Assembly (NCBI RefSeq): GCF_009914755.1
Contig: NC_060931.1
Source of the DNA: the human T2T-CHM13v2.0 reference genome, Homo sapiens
Length of the DNA: 64,000 bases
Strand: one strand, 5' to 3'
Part shown: positions 37,601 through 60,729 of the stretch, one piece after another
How positions within the stretch are numbered: the stretch's first letter is position 1
How the letters are laid out: the number at the start of each line of letters is the position of its first letter
Translations under genes and position numbers: made by a program
The notes under the pieces: generated by a model
The model's database searches: none
What the model was told of the DNA's origin: nothing
What the model saw: only the letters and a program-made list of their open reading frames with translations

Positions 37601-39279
37601 GTAAGACGGTATGTCTGTTGTTAAACTTCGGGTACATGAATACCCTTTCCATGTTTTATTTTGTGAACAAGATTCTCTAATGCAGTATAATGGTTTGGAG
37701 TCTGTAAGGTGATTGATTTCTTAGATGTTTGCACTGAAATAAACAAACACTAGGAGCACAAAGTGTATGAGATTCTGTGAGTACTTTTGAGAAAAAAGGG
37801 ATGAGAATTTTTAAGGATTCCATTGAGGAATGTCACTTGGAGCATGAGCATCCTCCTGAGACACTTCAACAGGTCTGTGAGTAAATGGGCAAAGCAGTTC
37901 CCAGCCTACGACTGAAGTAGGATGCATGTACTAATACCCCCAATCCTTCTAGTAATAGGATTATTGTTTCTCCTCTTGTTACTTGGAGACCACAACAGTT
38001 TAGATGAGCTGCGCTGATTTTATCAGCACCTCCTGCCAGTCAAATCCTGCATTTGACTTCAATTTCCTGGAGAAATGTATTTTTTTGGGTATCTCACTTT
38101 TACTTTAAAAATGAAACCGTATCTTACAGGTATACACATCTTACATGTCCTCATTGATAAACAACTTGAAAGATGCTGCAGGATAAGCTATGGGTCTTAA
38201 GTTGGCCAGCATTCAGAGAAAGATTTTCTAACTTATTAGCATTTTATAAAGAAAACAATTACTGAGATTTTTTTCATGAATATACGGAAGAATTAAAAAA
38301 AAAACTAGAAAACCCAGAAGTTTTTAAAGAAGAATTTTAAAAAACTTTATTTTGAAAATAAGTTACAAGTTATTTGTCAGAGTTTAAGGGATTTTTCCTT
38401 GTGTGTAATTGTCGTGGTTAAATTACAACTATACACTTATATTTATGGTACAACTTCTTGATAGAAATGCTCACTGAAGGGAAAAAATCCAACAGCAATA
38501 GTATATATAGTAATTTTAAAACTTTTACACCTTTTGAGGGATGTAGTAAGTCTTACGCTTTAGAATACTTTGAAATATTTTTTGAAAATTATTAAAATAC
38601 ATGAAGTTATTATAAAACATCCCTGCTGGTTAATAACATTTCCATTAGTGATTACTATCAGTCTTTGTGAGTCCCATTTAAAATTTCGGTCCAGAGGGTG
38701 AGTTTGGCATTCGTAATTGTGTCTTGCACAGAACACACTACCACCGTCTCTTTCAACTACCACTACTACCACTGTCTCTCCTACTAGCACTGTTCCTACT
38801 GTTGGGTTATTACTGACATCTATTGAGTACTTGCTATGGGTTGAGCCATTTTATCCTCCTCCACCCTAGAACAATTGAGATACTAGAGGATAAGGGACTT
38901 GTTTAAGATCATGTAGTGTAACGTGGTCAGAAAGTGCACCCAGAGCTGTCCTACTCCAAATTTTGTGTTATTTTGCCCTTTGAGTCTTTTGTTGAAAATT
39001 CCAACAGTGAGCCCTTGTATTATTGCCTTCAAAAGCAGTATACTTCTTTTGAACACTACATGCATTTGTCATCTTTCTTTGACTGGAAGACCTGATTTCT
39101 ACTTTCTTAAATTTGGTGTGACACTGGCATAACCTGGAGAAAGCAAAGCTCTGAAAATGAACAACAGCTGCAAGGTCTGTTTCCAGAACTGACCTTCAAA
39201 CCTGTATGTTTTTTCCACAGCATTCTTTGGGGTTATTGTTTTCACAGCTGATCATATTGTAGGACTAGGTCAATGAGGT

Positions 39280-40717
<1,438 letters not shown>

Positions 40718-40794
40718 TGAAGCATAACCAAAAGCATGAAGAATAACAAAATGAACCCCCATGTATCCATCATCATTTGTTATCTTTAAAAAAA

Positions 40795-44592
<3,798 letters not shown>

Positions 44593-44639
44593 GCAGAGGG
44601 TCTCCTCTGTTCTTGGGTGTATCAGTGGATTATACCCAA

Positions 44640-45084
44640 GCCCTCAGCTCCTCCTGGGTGTCCTTCCTGTGCTGTCGGTGCCCAGAGTCCAGAGGGGACC
44701 GAGGTGTTAGGGGACTGGTGTATCAGCACTGCCCTGAGCGCACACACACCTGGCCGGGTTGCGACAGCACCTGGGCTCGGCTTCAACTTTGGTTCGAAAT
44801 TGGAGTGGGCACTGGGAGTTGGGAGAGGCCAGGGAGCGGGAGTGGGCACTTCCAAACTGCAGGGGCAGGGGTGCTTCCCGGGCCCCCGACAGTGCAGGGA
44901 TGCTTGGGTCTGGAGCTGTGATTGGGTAGCTGCAGATGTGCCCAGGAGCGCAGGGCTCCTGGCCCTCCAACCTGGTAGGGGGCGGGGCTCCTGCCTGTTC
45001 CCAGCCCCCACTGGCTCCGCAGAGTGGGCAGCCCCTGCCATGCCTCCCCCGCTGCAGCCAGTGTCTTCGCAGTGGCTGCCATCA
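44640..45084 (-). mobile_element. MER52-family ERV1 LTR, 5' portion
   Basis: - strand begins TGATGGCAGCCACTGCGAAGACACTGGCTGCAGCGGGGGAGGC...GGGAACAGGCAGGAGCCCCGCCCCCTACC, like MER52. Confidence 0.82.
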
Positions 45085-46524
45085 CTGCTGCCTAAGTTGT
45101 CTTTTGAAATCCACCCATTTTTTTATCAAAGGAAATTAGTGGTATCCCAACTTTGTACTGATGAGAGTTTGTGGTTTCTTAATTTCTTGGGAGTGGGCAG
45201 TGCTCCTTCTCTGCTTCTACCTTTGAAACTGGAGAGACGCACTTGGGAAACAAATGATGACTATTGATTATCAGCCCAAATTGTTGTTTTTTTCTATTGT
45301 TCATTAATTCTTTAAAGATGTAAGTCCTTATTGTTCAATAAATTATCGTCTACAATGGTGCATGATAACACTTCGGACATTGGGGGAACAAACATACAAG
45401 ATGTTTATGTAATGGAATTTATGAAATTCTGCTATGCATGACCTTATGTTTGCCCTGGCATGAAAGTCATTGTTGTTGCTCTGAAATATTGTTGTTCTGA
45501 AATAATTAAGGTAGCCATGGTCTTGTGAGGAAGAGCCATTTGTTGGACGTAGGTTTAAAAATTAGCCCTTCCTCCACAGTCTTTAAAGATTAAAATAAAG
45601 CAAACAAACAACACAAAAATCATTCTATCCACATGCTTTTTCAGTTTTTTGATATTAAATTGCAGATTATTGGCAGCCTAATGAGGCAGGGGACTAGAGA
45701 CGAGGGAGAGAGTATGCAGAAGCAAGGTCCTGCAATTAGCTGTGTGAGGTATGGGAATCATGTAACTTATCTGGGCCTCTCCTATAAAATGAGAGGACCA
45801 GCTGATTGATGGATACTTTCCAGCTGTTTTAGGTCTTTGATTTGAAAAATGATTTTTTTTTAAGCCCTCAAAAGGTAACGGACGGCAGAGGTCCTCTGAA
45901 AAAGAAGGGGAAAACTGGAGCTCTGCTGTAAGAAAATATCCACTTAGGCAATCAGGTATCAGTTACATCAGTGCCTCTTCAACCTTAAGGTGCATGTGAT
46001 TCACCTGGAGATACTGTTTGGGGAGGATGAGATTCAACATTTCTCATAAGCTTTTGAGTGATACAGATGCTGCTGATCCAGGGATTACACCTGGAGTAGC
46101 AAGGGACCAAACTGTGAAAAGGGGGATTTCACGAGCTAACGAAGTGGTGGGTGAATAAGGAAAAATTGATAGAGCAGGAGAAACAATAATGATATATATA
46201 TTTTTAAGAGACAGGGTCTGGCTTTGTTGTCCAGGCTGGAGTGCAGGGGTGCAATCATGGCTCACTGTAGCCTCAACTCCTGGGCTCTAGTGGAGACTGG
46301 CTAATATTTTTTTTTTGGTGGGGGGGAAAGATGGGGTCTTGCTATGTTGCCCAGGCTCATCTCAAACTCCTGGCCTGAACTGATTCTCCTGCCTTGGCCT
46401 CTCAAAGTGCTGGCATTACAGACATGAACCACTGTGCCTTGCCAAGAAGGATGTAAATGATGCCTTTGTTATTTTGTCAGTACAAGTAGATTTCTAATTT
46501 TCGGTTAGAAGTTAATGAGAAATG

Positions 46525-46909
<385 letters not shown>

Positions 46910-47584
46910 TCATATTGGAGGATTCTTTTGATTCTTTTTTTGTCTTTTTTATTTTAACAGCCCACTAGATCATAATATTGGAGGATTTTTTGTATTCATT
47001 CTAGCAAGCTGAAAAAATTTATTGACTCACAGGTTTTTAAGGCCATTTTCATAGGATAGCTACTTTGACTTGATGCAGTATTTATATTCAAACTCCAGCT
47101 TTGTCTCTTGTGGTCACTTATCTGAGGATTTTGACTTTTTAAAAATGTATCATTCATTATCATTGACAGAAAAATCTCTTCTCTTTCTCCTTTACTTGGT
47201 TTAGTATGTTCTCTAGGCAGGCCCCATGAAGTTTTCTTTTCTGTCTGTGTTAGGCAAAGGTAAGACCCCCTTTGAGTGTTGTATAGTTCTTACTTTCTTA
47301 TTTTCTCTCCTTGAGACTTTTGAACCGGCTGATGCAGGAGTGAGCAGAGGATCACTTACTCTTTGGTTGGTTACTACTAATTTCTGTCCTTAGCTATGTC
47401 TCCCAATAGAGCTTATGCCTCCAAGTCTTCATCCTTTATGGTGTATCAGGAGCACTTGATACAGTTGGTCACTCCCTTTTTCTAGATACATTTTTTTTTT
47501 CCACTTCCTTCGAGATAACTCACTTCTGGCTTTGTTTTGATCTCAGTGAATGCCCCTGTTAAGCTTCTGGTAGATTCCTCTTCT

Positions 47585-47878
47585 TTTTCTTTTTTTTGGA
47601 GATGGAGTCTCACTCTGTCACCCAGGCTGAAGTGCAGTGGCGTGATCTTGGCTCACTGCAAGCTCCACCTCCTGGTTCATGCCGTTCTCCTGCCTCAGCC
47701 TCCCGAGTAGCTGGGACTACAGGCACCCGCCACCACACCCGGCTAATTTTTTGTATTTTTAGTAGAGATGGGGTTTCACCGTGTTAGCCAGGATGGTCTC
47801 GATCTCCTGACCTCGTGATCTGCCCGCCTCGGCCTCCCAAAGTGCTGGGATTACAGGCATGAGCCACCGCACCCAGCC
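47585..47878 (-). mobile_element. AluY
   Basis: gcaagctcc and cgtgttagccaggatggtctcgatc diagnostics. Confidence 0.88.
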
Positions 47879-48624
47879 GGATTCCTCCTCTTCTTAACCT
47901 CTGTACCACTCCTTTGTCTTCTAAGCTTGTGTCTGGTTTTCTTCAGATATCCCATCATGCACCTTTTCCCTTTCCTGATTATGCTTTTCATCCTTTTATC
48001 GTAGCCATCCTTCATAGCCATGAAGATGACTATGCTGTGTCCTGTGAGTCCTCCTAGGGAATCATTGGCATTTCAAGTGTGAATTTGGGTAATATTTTGC
48101 TCTGAGCTGCAAGTGAATGATGTATCCTCATTCTCATAGTCCAGTAATATGGCATATTACAATTCTCCTAGGTACTTGGCATATATAGTGAGAATATATG
48201 GGATTTATTGAATACTGTTACTTTCCTCTCAAAAATCCAATAAAAGTGTAATACAGATATTATTATGTTTTTTGAATGCTTGCTACCAGATTTGAAATTT
48301 AGTAATCTGACAATTTGTATGGTTATATAATGTCATTAGTAATAACAAATGGTGCAAATATTTTTCAGAAAGTCTCCCACATATTTTGAAACTCATGATA
48401 AATTTGTTTACCTGTTAGATATTTGTTCACTTCCATCAACTCCCAGTGTTTATCTAACTTCTTTCTTAGCATAAGCAGAGTACTATGGATGGAATTTTCT
48501 TTCTTTTTTCTCCTGGTATTTGTTTTTTTAAACTAATCATTTTGAAATAATTTTAGACTCACTTAGAAGTTGCAAAAATAATGGTTTCCCAATGAAAACA
48601 GTACAGTGATCAAAACCATCAAAT

Positions 48625-49165
48625 TTGTTTTTTTCGTAGAGACTGGGTCTCTGTTACATAGGCTGGAGTGCTGTGTCTTGATCAAAGCTCACTGCAGGCT
48701 GGCATGGTGGTTCACGCCTATAATTCCACCACTTTGGGAGGCCGAGATGGGTGGATTGCTTGAGGTCAGGAGTTGGAGACCAGCCTGGTCAACATGGGGA
48801 AACTCCATCTCTACTAAAGTACAAAAATTAGCTGGGCGTGTTGGCAGGTGTCTGTAATCCCAGCTACTTGGGAGGCTGAGGCAGGAGATCGCCTGAACTT
48901 GGGAGGTAGAGGTTGCAGTGAGTTGGGATTGTGCCACTATACTCCAGCCTGGGTGACAGAGCAAGACTCCATTCCTCACTCCCCAAAAAAGCTCTCTGCA
49001 GCCTCGAACTCCTGGGCTCAATTGATCCTCTCACCTCAGACTCCTGACAGTAGTTGGGACTACAGGCATGGACCACTATGCCCATCTAATTTTTTTATTC
49101 CTTGTAGAGATGGGGTCTCCCTATGTTGCCCAGGCTAATTATAGATGTTAGCCACCGTGCCCAGC
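48625..49165. mobile_element. Antisense AluJ split by a sense AluS (48697-48987)
   Basis: TSD aaagctc(a/t)ctgca at 48684-48696 and 48988-49000. Confidence 0.85.
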
Positions 49166-49407
49166 CCACCATTAAATTGATGTTAGTATAATACTAAAGT
49201 TAAACTATAGATTTGATTTGGATTTTACCAGGTTTTATGTTAGATGCACTTTTTTTTTGTAGATAGTTCTAAGAAATTAATCCCAAAGAAATTGCCTTTT
49301 ATTATTAGCTCCTCATAGTTACACCCTCCTGTAAACCTAGCAACCACCTATCTGTTCTACATTAGTATGATTTTGTCATTTTGAGAGTTAGAAATGTAAT
49401 TATTTAA

Positions 49408-49782
<375 letters not shown>

Positions 49783-49984
49783 TCAAGTTATATTGGTATG
49801 GTGTAGATGTACCATAGTGTGTTTAACCAGAACACTGAGTTTTTTTCTTTAATGTAAGTTTAAAACATCATAAAAGGGGATCAAAACCAGAGCAATGGCT
49901 AACACTTATTGAGTGCTTATTATGTGCCAGGTATTGTACTAAGTGGTCTACTGTATTCCTTTTTGTAAAAAACTAAAACTGTAT

Positions 49985-51902
<1,918 letters not shown>

Positions 51903-52204
51903 ACTGCATTCTTATTTAATCATCACAACACCACTCTTACCTTTATTTTGTAAATGAGAAAGCGAAAGTACAGAGATGTTCAGTAACTTTTAGTAACCTT
52001 CCACTGGTTACATGGTTAACATGTGGTGGCACAGGAATTCAAACTCACACAGGTTGCCTCTAGAGGCTATACTTTCCCACCACATTATTTACAGCCAATT
52101 TCTTGGCCAACTTTGTATAAAAACAAATGACCTTGGTTTCTATGATTAGCTCATGTGGAATGCTTACTTTAAGAGGCAGGTTGGTCTACATTTTAAAAAA
52201 GTAG

Positions 52205-53083
52205 AGCTGATCCTCATTATTGGCAGACTCTGTATCATTTGTGAATTTGCCTAATTGCTAAAATTTATTTGTAACCCCCAAATCAGTGCTTGCAATGCTT
52301 TTGTGGTCATTTGTGATCAAGTGCAAAGGAGTAAAAATTGAGTCACCTGATGCACATGTTCCCAGCTGATGTTAAACAACTGCTTTCTTGTTTCAGTTCT
52401 CATACTGTAAACAAGTGTCCTTTCATGGTCTACAGTATTTAGTGTCATGTTTTCTCCCACATTTTCGTAGGTTGTTTTTGGAGGGGGATGTGGTGTTTTC
52501 ACTGTTTAAAATGGTCTGCAAATGTAATACTGAAGTGCTGTCTAATGTTCCTAAATGCAAGAAGGCTGTGATGTATCTTGTGGAGAACAGACAGATGGTC
52601 CCTGACTTACCATGGTTTGACTTATGATTTTTCAACTTTAGGATGTTGTGAGAGTGATACACATTCAATAGAAACCATACTTCAAATTTTGAATTTTGAT
52701 TTTTTCCCTGGTATATTAAATGCGTTTTTGACTTAAAATATTTTCAATTTATGATGGATCTATTGAGATGTAATCCCATCATAAATTGAAAAGCATCTGT
52801 ACATGAAATTAAATAAGGTTAGTTCAGCCTGAGTTCTAGTGCTGGTGGGCATGATTCCCATAGTAATGAATCAGCAATACATATTAAATAAGGTATCTTT
52901 AAATAGAAACACACAAAAAACTACATTATGTATTGATTGGTTGAAGAAAATGTTGTTACTAGAAGCTTGCAGGAATCTGTCTAACCCTGTGTTTCTCCTA
53001 GGAGCAATGGTTCAGTATTTGCTAATTCATTGTTTACGGCGGCCTTATACAGAATAACTTTCGTGAATAAGGAGAATTGACTG
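52205..53083. mobile_element. MER82 (TcMar-Tigger) with a nested MER47/Tigger5-type MITE at 52592-52799
   Basis: gatcctcattatt...gaataaggagaattgactg ends; inner CAGATG...CATCTG inverted termini. Confidence 0.75.
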
Positions 53084-53522
53084 CACTTCGTAGCTACCAT
53101 TTAAATCGGTGTAACATGAAGGAAAACCTCATTTATGTTAAATAAATGAACTGTTGTAGAGTCCCAGGGCATGTGATGCTGTGTTGTAATTCAAAAGGTC
53201 CAAGTGCTTTCACATCTGCCATATCAGCAACTCAGTGGTAGGTAGGGCTGGTATATGCTCATTCCAGATAAGAAATCAAAGTAAGGAGGGGTTGTTTGGG
53301 TTGCCCAAGGACACACGGATAGTTAGTGGTATAAATGGTCCTGCAGCCCAATTTTCCTGCTTCTTTTTTGGTGTGAATTTCCCTCTTCTATCTTGCCTTT
53401 CTATAACTAACATAGCAAGAGGAAGTGAATGCTTTTTGAGTACCTATAGCATACCAGTTCCAGGGCTAGTCACTAATGCATTTGATCTCATTTGTCTCAG
53501 CAACTCTTTGTAATAGGAGATG

Positions 53523-53716
53523 GAGTTGGCCCTCCGTGTCCCCGGGTTTCACATCCATGGATTCAACCAACTGCAGATTGAAACCTGTGGATATGGAAGA
53601 CTGACTGTACTAGGTATACTAGGTCATTATATATAATAAGGGACTTGAGCATCTGGGGATTTTTCATCTGTGGGGTCTTGGAACCAATCTTCCACAGGTA
53701 CAAAGGGCCAACTCTA
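53523..53716. mobile_element. Tigger/MER2-family MITE
   Basis: agttggccct...agggccaact inverted termini; ggattcaaccaac motif. Confidence 0.7.
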
Positions 53717-54118
53717 GTGCAGTCTCGCCAATGACTAGACTGAAAGGAAGTTAGGTATTTCACTGAAGACTTACATGTTAAATAGTGCTGATGGAATTTG
53801 AATCTTGATCCTCCAAAGAATCTGTTCTTTTGTTATTTTCTGCAGTTCTCTCCTAAATGTTTCAGAAGAGAGAATTAGCACAACATAAATGTATAATTTC
53901 TCAGCCCAATTTACTAACGGTGTTGCAAAATATCTGATTAATGCTTCCAGCCATTTGGATTTGTGGTTTCAAATATGTGTACAAAATATTAAAAAGTTAA
54001 TATAGAAATGTCCTTCTCAGATCTGTCCAAGTTTAATTTGCTATGCCTTAAGACATAATTATTAGTTCATAGTGTGAAGTAGATTATTATAAATGTTTTC
54101 TTTTTAGTGTGAAAGAAA

Positions 54119-54230
54119 ATGTCTTTATTTAAAGCCCGTGATTGGTGGTCTACTATTCTGGGAGATAAAGAAGAATTTGATCAAGGCTGTTTGTGTCTGG
54201 CTAATGTTGACAATAGTGGAAATGGACAAG
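54119..54230 (+). CDS. BBS9: BBS9/PTHB1 exon 2 coding part (exon starts 54108), [37 protein letters not shown](D)
   Basis: tttttag acceptor, 11 nt UTR, ATG at 54119, AAG|gtaagc donor; matches the PTHB1 N-terminus. Confidence 0.97.
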
Positions 54231-54286
54231 GTAAGCAACTTACAACCATACATCTTGGATGAAAGTTTTAAAGAGATCAAATAAGA

Positions 54287-54602
<316 letters not shown>

Positions 54603-56229
54603 TCAAAATGTGTACTTTTTAGAACTTAATTGAACTATCATAATTGTACCTAATTTTGAAGGTAGTTTTTTTTAATAATATTTAGGTATCAGACTGATAA
54701 CTATAGTCTTTCTGTTTTGTTTATGTTCTGGTTTGTACTGATTCTGTCATATTGTTTGCTGGAATTTAGTAAAAATTATATGACATCACTTCATTTGTAT
54801 CAAAATTTGGTCTTGTAGGGGACAGTTAGTAAAATATTTTGTATTTTGAAAAATTTCCTTTTGTAGAAATTCTTTACAAGAAAAATAAATTTATTGGACC
54901 TGGAAACCATTCATACCATAATGAAATTACACTAGCTCTATTTGGTGGTAGAAAACAATTGTTAAATCCTTGCTTTCATTATCATATCATAATACTAAAA
55001 CCTACATTCTAGCTTATTCTTATGCATCTTCATGTTTTTTAAGTGACCTTTCAAACAGTTTAATTCTGTATTATTGTATCATTGCTATTTGAAATTTGTA
55101 TTTGGTTTATAGTCATGGGCTTTTTTTTTGTAATCTAGATAGTCATTAGCCTCTTAAAAAGAAAACTTATTATAACTATTATTTTGTTTACTGCATATAA
55201 ATATTATCCCCTTACATTTTTTAAAAATTGTTTTTCTTGCCTATAATTAAAACAGTGGGATCTGCAGGAAAATGTGAAAGGAGAAAATTGTATTGGTAAA
55301 GCAGAAGAGTGGGAGTACTAAACTGCACAGAGCACCTACTAAGTTGTTTTGAAGGAAAATTTGGTCCCTGATTTTCCACTGATAGGAGATGGGAAGGCCT
55401 TCTATTCAGAGGATATTGGAAGGTTCCTCAACCCTGCCTCTGCCCCCACTATTTGTTAAAGCATGTGATTCCCCAGTTATTTGGCCATGTAAGAGTCATG
55501 CCACAGAAATACCTGCCAGAGAGAACAATTTCACACCCACTTCTGCCTAAACTATCTAAAGTTCAGCTTGGTTGGAAACTATACTTACTGATTATCTGAA
55601 TAACATACTGTTCACTCATTCATTTCTATTAGAGCTCACTACTGGGGTGCTACCAGTAGGTTACGAATATGCTGAGATACTGCTTCCCTCACAGTTTGTG
55701 GTGAGCTGTGAGCAGCTTCCTCTGTTTTCCGAAGCTTGCTATACAAAAATCATTACATATGTGTGTTCCACATAGACAACACTCATCATTGTGTTCCAAA
55801 GCCTGGATACCTGTGTCATAATATTGTGGGGTGATTATTATATATGGAGATTTTCTATCCCAGACACATGAGATGCTATAAGATTGTATTCTCCAGGGGT
55901 AGGTGGGGTGATGTGACTTAGGTTTCCTAATTTTTGATAAGTTCCAAAATTGAATGCTGGCATTCTCAAGTTTGAGAATTATTTTTGTTGATCTTATAGA
56001 ATGGAAAGTTAACAAGAGCAGTTTTGGATATGCTCTGTTTAAGATAGGAATGTCTAGTATACAGAATAGAGGTAGAGATTTGGGGATGAACAATATGGTG
56101 TTTATATTTGGAGCTCTGAGAACAGGTGAAAATGCACAGGGAGAGAAGTTGAAATAAGAGGGGAGGAGGTATAGGACTGTAACCTGGAGAATATGAGGAT
56201 CAACAGGGGAAGTGTGGGAAGAGTAGTAG

Positions 56230-56799
<570 letters not shown>

Positions 56800-58394
56800 T
56801 AAAAGTTTTCATACTCTTTAGCAGCAAGTGGTTCATTAGTGTCCATGACAAGAGTGGATGTGTGGGCACAATGGTAATGAGATCTAGATTTGCAATGTAT
56901 GAATGGGGAGTGAGTGGGAGGTGGGGAGACTATTTATGGCTCTTTAAAGAAACTTAGCTGTGAATTGAAGAAGGGAGGATGATGATTTGGAGACCATGGA
57001 GGGTCAAGGGAAGTGGGAAAAATTCAATGTGTAGAATAGAGGCTTTCATTGATGGAGCAGGGACCCAGAGAGGACAGTCAGAGATGGGATCAGGTGTGCA
57101 GATGGAAGGATTAACCTTGGACAGATGTGGAAGCTTTTTTCCACAGTGCCAGAGGAAAGAAGGTAAGAATGTATACCGATGTAGAGAAATTTGCAGCTCA
57201 AGTTGGGAGGTTGAAACAGTAATGTCAGTTGACCTCTACTTTTTTTTAGGTGATCAGACAGTGAGAGAAGAGTTACAGGGATCCTGAAATTCTTTAGAAG
57301 AAGCCGAGTAAAACACAGAAGGATTCCTTGTTAATCTTGATAGTACAATTGAAATTGAACACCCCATGCATTTAAATGGCACTTACTTTCCTAATTCTCT
57401 CAACTCAAGATTCAGACTCTTGAGAGAGATAGTGAGAATGAGGGAGAGAGAGAGGATCTGAATAATACAATTTAGATTACATGCCAACCTGTGGCCTGGA
57501 GGGAAAGTTTATTTCTAGAATTGGAGTAGAGAGCAAATAAGACTGACTAATGGCTTTTCATTTAATGCCTGCATGTTCATTAATTCCTGGGGAATCCCAT
57601 ATTTAATTGTAGCTTGAAATCTGTGAGAGTCAGACTTATCTGAGATCTGGTTACTATACTAGTCCTGCAAAGTATTTTAATAGTCGTACATATACATTTT
57701 GTTTCAGTGGGTTAGCTTGTTACCATGTGGACTTGGCCATCCTGACCTCCTCTTATCCCTGAAGATAGGGCTATATTGACCTATCCATGAATCTTGGTTA
57801 TTTAGTGAGTAAAAGTGGGGATTTAGGGCATGACAGGATACATGGGAAGCTCAGCGGGGAATGTTTTAGGAAGGTTTAAAGGTTTAAGTCTTCTCCAACC
57901 CTTCTGGACTCCATTATAACAGTATAATTCCATTCTTCCTGATCAGTGCCTTTACTTTTACTTAAGAAGGCTGGAGAGATTTGTCAGGTCATTTGTTATT
58001 GTAATTTAAAACTTAAAGAATCAGTCTCTGAATGAGCTTCTCAGTGATTAAGCCCCTCTATCTGAGTAGTAAGTGGTGAGAAATGTTTCTGCAGAGTACC
58101 AAAGACCCTGAGTTTTATTCTTTACCCTTAGATGACAATTTTGAGATTTAAACCTATCATTCTTTTATTTTAAATTATCCAATTTAATTTAAATAAAGCT
58201 ATCTTCGATAAAGCTATCTTACATGTGGTTTGGTGTTCCTCCTTGTTCAGCTGGCTATGGCAGCAGCTGTCCAGTCTACTAGAGTTTCACCTGCAATGGG
58301 CACAGGGTCCCAGATGACTAGAGATGATAACTTGATTAATTGTTCTGTTACAATGTAAAGTGATACTTAACCCCACCTAGAACATGAATGGGAG

Positions 58395-58831
58395 TGTTCT
58401 GTGAAAGGGCATATACGCAAAGTGGCCCTCAAATACTGAAGGAGCTGAGAACCAAAGATTGAGGCAGACAAATCCAGTTTGTCAGTATACAGTGATTTAT
58501 TAGGTGAACTTATGGGCAGAAATGTCCTGGGCAGTTGCAAGACAGGCAGCTCTCCACACCACAACCCCCAGACCCAGGGCTTGTATCTTGGGGAAAAAAA
58601 GTATACATGCTCTGAGAAGAATGTGTAGGTGGCTATGAGTGTCACAGCCTATGATGTATGCAGCAACATCAAGTGCTGTTTTGGAGGAAAGGCAAAACTT
58701 AAAATGAATAGCTGTTTCTGCATAAAGAGTAATACATCAACTAGAGATCTTAGAGGAGTTCTTGGACTTGAGTTTAGTCAGGAGTCACATGGCAGATTAG
58801 CATTTAAAATAAAGTTACTCTTGTCCCCACA
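58395..58831 (-). mobile_element. LTR47-family (ERVL) solo LTR, BBS9 intron 2
   Basis: - strand TGTGGGGACAAGAGTAAC...ATGCTAATCTGCCATGTG start; AATAAA; ...CCCTTTCACAGAACA end. Confidence 0.8.
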
Positions 58832-58879
58832 AGGAATCTTACTGTTTTGTACCGGATTTCAGGTCAAGAACCAATTCCC

Positions 58880-59900
<1,021 letters not shown>

Positions 59901-60578
59901 TTGCATGCCATTCCCTCCATGTCTCTGTTCTGTCCTCTTAAAGGACACTAATTGAGTTTGATCACACATCTAATTAACTGGACCTCATTTTAACTTGATT
60001 ACATGTGCAAAGACTCTGTTTCCAAATCAGGTCACATTCAGAGGTACCTGGGGTTATGACTTTAACATATCTTTTTTTGGGGGGACACAATTTAACTTAC
60101 AACACCCATTCTATCATTTCCCCTGCTTGTACTTAAGATGAAACATTGCTTATCAAGGCACTCTATCTAGTGACGACTCAGAATCCTTTTTAATACAGTG
60201 TTTTCGACAGCCACAAGCAGTTATAGAGTTGGCCTCTATGATGGAATCAGTTTACAACATTGTACTAGTCCTTTGATAAAGGGGCTTGCTTTGATTGAGT
60301 TAAATTATGACTTTGATACCAAATAAAGGTTTAGGAAAAAATGCAATATGTTAGTACATTTGACTATAGGGATGTAAAGCTATTTATGAAAGCTGTGTGT
60401 TATTAAAATAAGTACTCTTTAATTACACCTTCTTTGACAGAGTGGCCTTTGTGTATAAAGCAAGACTGAATTCTTTTAATTTTTAGATTTCTCTTTTACA
60501 CATTAGAAAGCTTATTTCCTAAGAGATTTGCTAATGTTTGTTTCTCCCTCTATCTTTTTTTTTTTAAATTCTCTACAG

Positions 60579-60729
60579 ATAAAATAATTGTGGGTAGCTT
60601 TATGGGATACCTAAGGATCTTTAGCCCCCATCCTGCAAAAACAGGAGATGGAGCTCAAGCCGAAGATTTGCTTCTAGAAGTGGATCTACGAGATCCAGTA
60701 CTTCAAGTGGAAGTAGGAAAGTTTGTTTC
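60579..60729 (+). CDS. BBS9: BBS9 exon 3 (151 nt), (D)KIIVGSFMGYLRIFSPHPAKTGDGAQAEDLLLEVDLRDPVLQVEVGKFV(S)
   Basis: ctctacag acceptor, gtaagt donor; frame continuous with exon 2. Confidence 0.97.

Noticed and set aside
44613-45267. Cluster of 67-216-aa ORFs on both strands
   Set aside because: Within the GC-rich MER52 LTR; no recognisable protein
58193-58220. Short tandem duplication ataaagctatctt x2 (also a small palindrome near 62157-62174)
   Set aside because: Ordinary slippage or chance events in AT-rich intron
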